A stretch of DNA of 64,000 nucleotides from Flaccisagitta enflata (Eukaryota). The DNA lies in the NCBI GenBank assembly GCA_965153355.1, contig OZ231126.1, positions 19,716,001 through 19,780,000 of the forward strand, in the 5' to 3' direction. Below, piece by piece: positions 54,379 to 64,000 of the stretch (positions are counted from its first letter, which is position 1; the number at the start of each line of letters is the position of its first letter). The notes beneath the pieces are model-generated. The model was not told the origin of the DNA and ran no database searches. It was given only the letters and a program-made list of their open reading frames with translations. The translations under genes and the position numbers were made by a program.

Positions 54379-56880
54379 TCATGCATTTCCACCTCCTCCT
54401 CCTCCTCCTCCTCCTCCATTGGTTCCCGCCGGGGTGGGCGGGGCGCCCGAGGACTCGTCTGGGTGGAGCAGGGTGTGATGGCCTACACCGCAAATGGCGC
54501 ACATTTCCGTCGCCTTGCAGTTTCTCGCCATATGGCCGGTCTCAAGGCACAAATAACATATGCGAGTGTTTATGCAGAATTTCCTTTTGTCCGCGCTGGA
54601 CAGGCCCTTGAAGATGTCACACGCTGGGATGCGATGTTGGCCTCCACATCGTTCACAACTTCCGGCCGTCGGTGCTGTTGCGGTGGTAGCGGCGGCTGAC
54701 GTGTTCGTCGTTGGTTTGCCGCCGCCTTTCGTCGGCGTTGTCGCTGTCGTTGCCGCCACTTTGGCTGCCCCTATAGGCTTGTTGTTTTGCACCTGACTCG
54801 AGTTTCTGTAGCATAGCTCGGCGATTGTATGCTCAGTGTCCAAGAATTCGAGAAACGTTTCAAAGCCCAGCGTTTCCCCATCTGCCATCATATTTTTCAC
54901 CACTCTCTTTGACCATTTTGCCGTCAGATGTGGGACCTTTTTTGCAAGAATTGACTCGATAACCATCTTGTTCTCGAATTCTCCTCCTCTGCTGGTGCTT
55001 TTTGCCAACGTATGGATGCTTTGCAGCTTGCAGTAAAACATCAGCAGACTGCCATGGTCTTTTTCGCCGACCTGTTTCCCTTGCAATAACTCCTCGAGCA
55101 TCTCCATCGCTGATTCTTTTCTCAGGCCGAACTTCCTGTTCAACTTCTCGATTGCCATTTTCACCGCTTTTCCCGCGTCTGTTTTTTCCAACGTCTCAGC
55201 CTCAATCAGCTGGAACGCTGCGCCCTCGAAGTAGTGTTGGAATTCGTTTAATTTGGCTTTGTCCGATAGACCGACTATCTCCAAGGCCGTTTCAAACTTC
55301 AGCATATGCTTGGCAAAACTCATTCCTTTACCTACTCCCGCAAATTTCTTCACCGGGCGAGCTTCTTTTAGCTGTGCCATCGCAAACATTTGGATCTGGA
55401 CTCGCACAAACTCTTCTTGATTTGCACTTCCGGCGCAACCCGGTGTGGTTGGCGTTTTTGGCGCTTCTTCTTCCTCCTCCTCCTCTTCCTCCTCATTTTC
55501 CCTTTCTAACCCTTCCTCCACCTGCTGCGCCGAATTGTGCAACTCTTGAAGCCTCGCCATGAGCTCCATCGTCTCTTTCTCTATCCTTTCCTTTTTCTCT
55601 CTCAAATTTCTCGCGTCTCCTTTTTCTTTTTCGTGTTTTGTTTCCCTTGGTGGTAGTTTCTGTATCGTTGGTTTGTTCACCTTTTTGGGTGTTACCGACG
55701 GAACGATTGGCTTCTTGACTGCCTTCGCTGGAGGAACGATGGGTTTAGTGATTCCTTTTGGCGTCAGTTGAATCTTATCGAGGTCGAGTTTTAATGCCAC
55801 TTTCTTTTCTCCCTTTCTTTGTTGTGGCACTTTTCCTCTCACGGGCGTCGTCGGAACGGAGCCGCTGGCGTTGTTTTTTGCCCAGCTCTCCACCGCGGCG
55901 TTGGGATTCAAAGCTCTCTCTTCGCCCCCGTTGACGGACTGCTCGAGCCTCCTCATCGCATCTCTGGCGCCCGAAGCCTCATCGTCGTCGCTGATCGCTT
56001 GTTGTTGTTCTCGATGGATCCGTTCGATCCCTTTTACTTTGATTTGGTGAAGTTTTTCATTTTGCTCTCTCTGTCTTCTTATCTCCTCTACCTTTCTCAA
56101 CGCTTCCGCCTCATCTGCTTCACTCTGCCTTCTCTCCGCTTCCATCCGTTCTTTCTCTTTTTTCTGTTCATCATCTCTGTCTTTCTTCGCTTGTATCGAT
56201 CTCGCTATTGATCCGGCGCTTCTCATTGACGGCGTCCTCTCGGCCGGCGTCGCGGGTATCACGTGGATCGCCGGATTCCCTGCTGACGCTGCGACCGCTT
56301 CTGCCGCATTCACTTGTTGAGGCGTTGATGATCCTCTAAACATTCCCGCGATCCTGCTCATTATGCCTCCTGTCGCCGCTGTTTCTGCGGTCTGATTTTC
56401 GCCGGCGTTATTTCGGCGCTCTTCGGCGCCGTTTATTTCCTCCGCCATTTCCGGTTCTTCCGCTCCTCTCTCTTCCTCCTCCCCGTTTGGAGTCTCCTCT
56501 ACGTTGGGAGCCTCCTCCTCATTTGGTGACTCCTCCTCCTCACTCTCCGATATGCACATTGTTTTGTCCATTATACCGCCACCTGGTGGTTGTTTCAGCC
56601 TCTCAAACCGCGATGGCGCCGCTCTTTCCAGCGTCTCTTCTTTCGCGATAGGAGAGCCGGCGTCGAACGACACTTCCCTTTTGCCTTCCCCCGTTTCCTC
56701 TATGTACAACGGCTTGAGGGATGTGTCCAATTCGGCTCGGTATACTGATATGTCTATCATCAGATCGTTTGCCGCGTGCTCGGCCGAGACATCGTCTATC
56801 ACGCACGCGTTGTATTGCTCTATTTTCTCGTTTAGAAGCTTTTGGAATTTGTTCGCCGCATCATTCGCTCTTATCAACAC
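54379..56880 (-). CDS. gag: BEL/Pao Gag
   Basis: 833-codon ORF with C-terminal triple knuckle CERCGGQH..C, CYLCLETGH..C, CAICGVGHHTLLH. Start codon uncertain (ORF opens at GTG). Confidence 0.88.
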   Translation of the reverse strand: MLIRANDAANKFQKLLNEKIEQYNACVIDDVSAEHAANDLMIDISVYRAELDTSLKPLYIEETGEGKREVSFDAGSPIAKEETLERAAPSRFERLKQPPGGGIMDKTMCISESEEEESPNEEEAPNVEETPNGEEEERGAEEPEMAEEINGAEERRNNAGENQTAETAATGGIMSRIAGMFRGSSTPQQVNAAEAVAASAGNPAIHVIPATPAERTPSMRSAGSIARSIQAKKDRDDEQKKEKERMEAERRQSEADEAEALRKVEEIRRQREQNEKLHQIKVKGIERIHREQQQAISDDDEASGARDAMRRLEQSVNGGEERALNPNAAVESWAKNNASGSVPTTPVRGKVPQQRKGEKKVALKLDLDKIQLTPKGITKPIVPPAKAVKKPIVPSVTPKKVNKPTIQKLPPRETKHEKEKGDARNLREKKERIEKETMELMARLQELHNSAQQVEEGLERENEEEEEEEEEEAPKTPTTPGCAGSANQEEFVRVQIQMFAMAQLKEARPVKKFAGVGKGMSFAKHMLKFETALEIVGLSDKAKLNEFQHYFEGAAFQLIEAETLEKTDAGKAVKMAIEKLNRKFGLRKESAMEMLEELLQGKQVGEKDHGSLLMFYCKLQSIHTLAKSTSRGGEFENKMVIESILAKKVPHLTAKWSKRVVKNMMADGETLGFETFLEFLDTEHTIAELCYRNSSQVQNNKPIGAAKVAATTATTPTKGGGKPTTNTSAAATTATAPTAGSCERCGGQHRIPACDIFKGLSSADKRKFCINTRICYLCLETGHMARNCKATEMCAICGVGHHTLLHPDESSGAPPTPAGTNGGGGGGGGGGNA

Positions 56881-57072
56881 AGCCCTTTCTTTACTGACGG
56901 AAGCGACGCTGAATGCCGATTGGACGACAGCGAATTCGAGATAGCTCCCTTCTCACGCTCGATATGTCGCGCCTCTTCCACACCGGCGGTTCTCCGTTGC
57001 CACCCGGGGCCTGTGTATTTTTTGTGCTCATTGTGGTGGTATAAAACACAAATCTTGATCAATCTCTGGTAC

Positions 57073-57083
57073 CGTTTTTGTAC
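57073..57083 (-). promoter_or_regulatory. Putative self-complementary primer-binding site (GTACAAAAACG on element strand)
   Basis: Abuts the 5' LTR, lacks the TGG of a tRNA PBS, and is the exact reverse complement of LTR positions 57318-57328. Confidence 0.7.
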
Positions 57084-57392
57084 TGTAAAGAACCGCGTAG
57101 AATACAGTCTCCAACCGTCAAAGTACCTATGCGCTGACGTTGACGATGATGAATCGGTCCGGCAGCCGCTGCGTCACGGCCGCGCCAATCCTCTCGATGC
57201 CACGCCACGCGCTGCGCCAACGACGTCAACACCACGAATCCACTCAAAGTCATCAAGTCTCCATTTGGATAAGGTCTTTCGTCGTCGCCATCTCAATATC
57301 TTCTATGGTTGAAAGGGGTACAAAAACGCTGAAATAATAGAAAGGAAGGGAAGAGGGGAAAAGGAGAAAAGAAATTAACCTAACAACCTATC
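57084..57392 (-). repeat. 5' LTR (possibly U3-truncated)
   Basis: Identical by eye to 47085-47393; ends ...CTTTACA on the minus strand directly before the internal region. Confidence 0.85.
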
Positions 57393-58851
57393 CATTACAG
57401 TTTTTCCTCTCTGGCTGGCTAAAACCGGAAGTAAACAAAGCTAACTAGCTCGTAGAGCAAAAATGCTCGTACCGTTCTCCAAACGGACTTAAGCGTTTTC
57501 AATGAAATTTGTCCTACTTAGAATAAAGCGTCCTCTGTCGTTCCTATTTATAAATTATGACTGTAAACTATTCGGACGTTCACTGAGGACGTTTCTGCCC
57601 ACATTGACAACACAATGACGTGCACAACTGTGTGCATACAGACACTCGATCGAGGACGCTTGAGTGATAAGTTTTGTTTCATCACATTCGGGACGAAACC
57701 CCTATGACTGTTTTTATTAAGCAATTTTCATGAGACAAGAAAAAAAACAAGATGTTGACCATAAATCATTAAAAAAAAACAAAATATTCGTAATGAAAAG
57801 TATAGATCAAAAAAAGGAATCACAAGCTTTTGCAAATTAAATGGCGACTCAAGCCAGTCTCAATCTATCAATGACCATCACTATCAAACCCGTTTCCCAT
57901 CTGCAGCAAATACACTTTTTTTTTTTTTATAAGAACCAAGTTTATAAGAACATTAGGCTTGAAATCGTCAAAAATTTAAGAAGATGCTGAAAACATTTGA
58001 AGGCTTAATTTCTTAAAAAATTTAAGAAAATTAGGCTTCAAATTTAAAAAATCTAAGATCATTTTTTTAGAGGGCTTTTTTTGAATCCATTGTCCTTTGA
58101 AAATAGACAGACACTAAATTTTTTCTGTTCGGCAAATCATGTCTCATTTTATATAGCATGTATCTTTCTACTTTCATTGATCTTAGTTCCCTTAAAACTT
58201 TTTAAACCTACTGCTTTGTTGTTTCATTGACATTTTCATTCATTTTTCCATAATGACAAACTTAAACTAATCAAGAACATTCTTAATTGAAGGTTAAAAA
58301 ATGCATTTAAATTAAGAACAATTTAAGAACATTAAAGCTTTGAAACTGCTTAAAATTTAAGAACATTGAAGGCTTTCCCAAAAAAATGTTCTTACAAAAA
58401 AAAATTGTATCACAACGTCTACCCCTATCTATCCCCTGCCCCATTGATTCCCCAGTAATGCTCTGTTGTTGTTGTTTTTGTTGTTGTTGTTGTTGTTTGG
58501 GTGTATGTGGTTGTAGCTGTTGTCTATTGCAAGTTGGTTGGAAGTAGCGGCAGCTCCCTCCTTGCAATTGTTATTTCAGGAGTAGCTCCGGCTGTACTGG
58601 TTCGTTGGGTGTCAAGGATTGTTGGTGTTGTTCTGAGTAACAGTGGCTCCGTTGTGGCTACTGTTGCAAAAAATCCAGCGCCGCGAGCTTGAGTAAAGCT
58701 GCTTCGGTTGCTCCCGATGGTCCTTTGACGTAAATATCATCCAAATTTTTTCCATACAGTTCGCTCTTTAAAGCTACTCATTCCTCCAGCTACCCGTCTC
58801 CTTCTGATAAATTAGAAAGATGAATATGCAGTGTTGCATGTTGTGCGTATG

Positions 58852-58938
<87 letters not shown>

Positions 58939-59003
58939 TACACACAGAGTCAGAGACACAGACATACAACAGGAACACAGACACACGCACGAGTGTGCGC
59001 ACG

Positions 59004-59040
<37 letters not shown>

Positions 59041-59243
59041 GGTACTTGAATCGTATATTAATTACTATAATGCAAGTCTTCTACTTGCCATGTTCCTCTT
59101 TCAGCGCTTTGTCTGCTCCAATCTTCCGATCGAGTGTGACGTCCTGTGCCTACTTTTTGCCAACGTCGTTGCTTTGACAGTATAACGCGGTACCTAGTGA
59201 GGATGCACCATGACAACAATATATTCATATCATTCTTTATCTC

Positions 59244-59313
<70 letters not shown>

Positions 59314-59838
59314 TCTCTCTGTCTCTCTCTGTCTCTCTCTCTCTGTCTCTCTCTCTTTGTCTCTCTCTCTTTGTCTCTCTCTCTTTATCGCTCTCTGTCT
59401 GTCGCTCTCGCTCTCGCTCTCTCTCTCTCGCTTCTTCACCCACACTCGCACCATTGACACTAACGAACACACACACATGCATGCGCACGCACACACACAC
59501 ATGCACGCAAACACGCACGCACATGCATGCACACGCACACACACACAAGCACGCACATACCCAAGCACGCACACACAAGCATGCACACACAAGCATGCAC
59601 ACAGTCAAGCAAAAACACACGCACAAGTATGCATGAGCACGTATATGTACACGCATACATACATGCATATATACACGCGCCTCAACGGCATAGCAAGTCT
59701 CCTACCTGTCGTCTTTTCTCCTTGGCCTTCGTTTGCTCGAGTCTTCCGATCAAATGTGACGCACATCCCGCGGCTACTTTTTTCCTGCGGACAATGACGG
59801 TACCTAGCGGAGATATTGCATGCCCGTGTCCGTCTCTT

Positions 59839-59924
<86 letters not shown>

Positions 59925-60876
59925 TTACTCTTGATGAATCTCTGAATTTGTATATATAATTAAAATATACAAATTCAGATCACGTATAATAAACCAAAAT
60001 GATTTTTTTCTGAGCATTATTGCCTGTTTATAACTAGAAGTGATAATTATTAATTATTAATTAGTTATTATTAGTCTTTTGGATGTGCATTTGGTTTTTT
60101 ACTTAAAAAGTCTTGGTTTTTATAGTTTCCTAAGACTCACTGTTATTCAATTATCTTCTTTCAAAAGTTAATTTTATTAAAATCATTGATTTTTAATCAA
60201 ATTTAAGCAAAATTATTTAAGTGGTCCCTAATTCAATTCAGTTTTTTAAAGAAAAAATGAAAAATATTGATCCTCATAAAAAATGTTCATAATGGAACAT
60301 GTAGGCCACGATCATATCTAGGTAGCTAAAAAAAATTTTTTACTTAGAAGAAATTTTAAAAGTGATATGAAAAAATCAAAAGCTACCTTCTTTAAAGACC
60401 ACCCGCTATACTTTTTTCTTGTTGCGCTCCGTTGCCAGTATCTTATATCGTGATTTCCGTTATGCTCGTAACCGCAAGTTCGAAGAGATGATTTTGTGCG
60501 TCAATGAAGTGACAAAACGGACGAAACTGATGTCCCACGCTGTTGGGCGAAGATAGTGATGATTCCCGATAACTTTCGAAAGCCAAGCCATTGCGCTGAG
60601 TTCTCTTGTACAGTGGAACCCCGCTTCCTTGACAACGCCGTTAACAGTTACCCGCCTTTAGTGGACAACAAGCTGTGGTCCCAAAATTTTCTGGCCTTTT
60701 GTAATGTTAAATTGCCCCTAGATAACGGGCACGCCTTTAACGGTAAATCGGCAATATCGGTCAAAAATTATGGGCCAAAATTACTCTAAACTCCTTGTTA
60801 GCGGTGAACTGACTGTAGCCCACGAGGTCAACCACTAATCCCCACTTTGATTTTGACCGAAACAGTTTCGGCGAAA

Positions 60877-60929
<53 letters not shown>

Positions 60930-62427
60930 GATAGGACCAACTCACGATTGAGGCAATTTTCAGCAATTCAATCATTTTGTGTTACCAAAGCGTTGAAAAG
61001 GCATTTCTTCCCGTCTTTTTTTCTCTTGCTAATTTCAAACAATGCTTTACTACAATAGAACTCCCACTTAACAGAAGTAATGGTCCGTTCATGTTTTTAT
61101 TCTGAATTTCATCTTTTGGTCTTTCTGTCAGTCTGTCTTTCTGTCAGTGTTTGTCAGTTTGTATGTGTGTCAGTCTTCATGTGTGTCAGTGTCTTTCTGT
61201 AGGTCTGACTTTCTGTCAGTGTCTATCTGCCAGTCTGTCTTTCTGTCAGTTTTTCTTTTTTGTTATTCTTTTTTTTTATCTTGCTGTCTTTCTGTCAGTG
61301 TCTTTTTGTCACATCAGTCTCTCTCCCTCTGCTTTTCTCTCTCTTTTTTTGTTGATCATCACACTGACTCGTATACAATCTCATGAAGAATTAACCGTCA
61401 TTCACCTAAGCCCGTACATGAGGTCTTGATCGATTGATTCACCTGCCCCGGCTGTTTAGTTAACCTTTCAGAATCGAGACTTGTGGCCCACACGCTTCCA
61501 GCGCTTCTCACAGTTTGATCTTAATGTCAGAGGCATTGCAAAACAAGACTGGATACACGGCTACCCCCTGCAGTCGCGTGCGGGTGGGCAGGGGCTGTAT
61601 TTGAGGTCACATGATCATTTGGGCAGGAGGAGTGGGGCCAATGACCTCAAGAACCCAAAATAAGTAAAGTGTGACGGACCAAGGGATGGACGGACTGACA
61701 AAGCAGGGTGTAGTTGCGAAGCATGCGACTAAAAATTCGCGAGCTTCAGTCCTGCCGTGTATCCGGCTTTGTCATTTTGCAACTAGAAAATGTCTTTTTC
61801 CCACCTCTCTTCCCTCGATGCACATCTAAAAAAATCGCGTTTTTTCATCAACCCACTATCATGCAATTTTTACCTCGTCTATAAATGTGATAAGAACAGT
61901 CGAACCTCGCTATAGCGCACCCACTAATAAGGCACAGCCGCCTCTAAAGCATGACAATTTCAGTCCCATAAGAAATTTTGTAGTTTTTTCTCTATTGGCG
62001 AAACACCACTATAAAGCATGCATTTGCTCAGTCTCTTGGTAAGCGCTGATATGACGCTCAACTTTAGTAATCTAGTGTGCCAAATATTCATTTGTATGTG
62101 ATATCGCACACCACTTTGCATATTTTTTATTCAATATCTAAATTATACAAACTTATTCATTGAAAAAAAAGAAGAAACATTCAAACATCAAGTAAATTAA
62201 GAAATAATGAATGCTATGGTAAAAACAATCAGCTAGGAAAATAGTGTTTCATGATAACGGTGCCCCGCAATAAAGGCCAAAATTAAAGGGTCCCCATGGG
62301 GCCGTTATCAAGGGGCAGGGCTGTATTTTGATGATGCCGACAATGCGAAAGCTATCGAAGAGAATGTAAAAACAGAATGTCTATTAGAATGTCACACTGA
62401 CATTTCTGGCGACCGGACATTCGGGTA

Positions 62428-62518
<91 letters not shown>

Positions 62519-62612
62519 TTACTCTTGTGGCGTTTCTATCCAGTTTCTTATCATGTTTTCCCTTTTGTTCGTAATCGCGATTTTGACAAGATTTTCATTC
62601 AAGCGTCAACGT

Positions 62613-64000
62613 AAATGAAATGAAATGAAATGAAATGAAATGAATTTATTCACAACACCCTCGGGCGCCTTACGGGCACCTTAAGAGGTAATTCTACACA
62701 CCAACGAATGGCTACTCACATGAGTAGTCGTACTACACAATGGCCTAATTCCATAGATAAAAAAAAAACGGTCAGTTAATCGTAATGCCCTGACTGCACT
62801 CAGTGCTAGAGCTAAAAATGGAAGAATGGTGGGTCTTCATCTTATGAGAATGGGGAGAAGCGCGTAAAACAATCATCTCAAGTGCTAGAGGTAGTAAGAG
62901 ACAGATTCAATTGACAAGACTAGCTAATGACCGTGTGTACGCATTGATGTGGGATATTTTGTACGATTCGGTAAAAAGATTTTGGGGAAAAAATACAATT
63001 TGGCATTGTAAAAACATTGTTCAATAAAAAATCTATAGCTAATAAAAACATTAGTCTCGTCAGCTTATCAAGTACTCTTCGTCATCGCGGCAAGATAAAT
63101 AGGACCAAAAGATCGCCGTTTTAGCAAAAAGAAAATCGATGGGAGGGGGGGGCAATGGGTGGAATAGTACAAACAGAATCGTTGGAATGTGACCAGTTCA
63201 AGGGGCAGACCGAAATATTTTTTTTTTTTTTGTTTAAGCTTGATTCATTTTTACACAGCAATGATCAACATGAAAGTGACACAGGTAGCAATCTTCAGTT
63301 TCCGTCAATCCACTAAGCGCAACAAGTCTGTCTAAAATTGTGTCCTTGCCATTCAAATCAACGTACAAGCCATAATTTGCAACAAGATCTCTCGTTAGTG
63401 GTGAATCATTGAACATTTTTACCGATCGTTTGGCAGCGAATCTTTCCAATCTCTGTCTAAAAGTCTCAGCCATGAAAATTCCCCGAGCAGTTTCAGAGTT
63501 CATATGCAGAGGTAAATCAAAAATTTGTTTCAATGATCTCGTCAAAAAACTTTCCACTCTATCCCATTGTGAATTAGGCATATTGAGAAATGCAATACAA
63601 GAGTATTCAAAAGTGGACATGATTAAAGAATCAAAAACATTAAATATCATAGCACGGTCACTGTGGCCAATTCTTCTGTTCAGTCTCGCAATTGCACACA
63701 CTTTTGGATAATTGCTACTAATCAAGTGATCAATGTGTGTAGACCAGTTCCAATTATTTTCGAGATTTACACCTAGAAACTTAACACCTGATTTCCATGA
63801 GATCGTTTTTCCCATCAAAGTCACGTCCATTTCTTCCGCTCTGCCGATTTGTTGTTTAGAGTTTGAGAAGGCGACTATATCGGTTTTCGTCGGCGCCGGG
63901 TGGAGGCGCCATCGTCGGCACCAGTCTTCAAGGATACTAAGTCGGCGTTGGAGTAGAGCTACAGCTTCTCTCGCGTTGTTTCCTATAGTCCATAAAGCTG
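62613..64000 (-). mobile_element. Non-LTR retrotransposon (LINE) 3' end: RT C-terminus, 3' UTR and (TTTCA)n tail
   Basis: Frame open from the window edge to 63234: LEDWCRRWRLHPAPTKT, VKFLGVNLE..WSTHI, FEYS. AATAAA (minus, about 62645-62650) is followed by a pentamer tail seen as (AAATG)n on +. Confidence 0.85.

Larger units (their letters stand above)
47085..57392 (-). mobile_element. BEL/Pao (Belpaoviridae-type) LTR retrotransposon with additional 3' ORF
   Basis: 309-bp direct repeats starting TGTAAAG flank gag with three zinc knuckles, protease, RT, RNase H and integrase in BEL order, then a third ORF. No target-site duplication found. Confidence 0.92.

Noticed and set aside
57209-57219. 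CGCTGCGCCA resembling a tRNA-Ser 3' end as the PBS
   Set aside because: It lies inside both LTR copies rather than adjacent to the 5' LTR, so it cannot serve as the PBS.

Overview
Intron-containing, repeat-rich eukaryotic DNA, most likely an invertebrate animal. Seven host genes all lie on the + strand: KIF23/MKLP1 (5' exons missing), TBCE, GNL1, MTF1, a disrupted GTSE1/PSRC1-like gene, RPS28 and STRAD (3' exons not found). Several have only 375-930 bp between one stop codon and the next ATG. Introns and spacers are full of nested non-autonomous elements (foldback/TIR MITEs, Helentron/HINE-like elements), minisatellites and microsatellites. The standout is a ~10.3 kb minus-strand BEL/Pao LTR retrotransposon (47085-57392) with 309-bp identical terminal repeats and three unusual traits. 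(1) It has no tRNA-type primer-binding site; instead the 11 nt abutting the 5' LTR are perfectly complementary to an 11-mer inside its own LTR, the geometry of Tf1-type self-primed reverse transcription. (2) Gag ends in a UGA-CUAG readthrough-context stop in frame with the protease. (3) It has an extra ~697-aa non-env ORF (acidic, coiled-coil, RGG-rich) after pol. The 3' end of a LINE enters at the right edge. All calls come from manual reading and translation; no searches were run.
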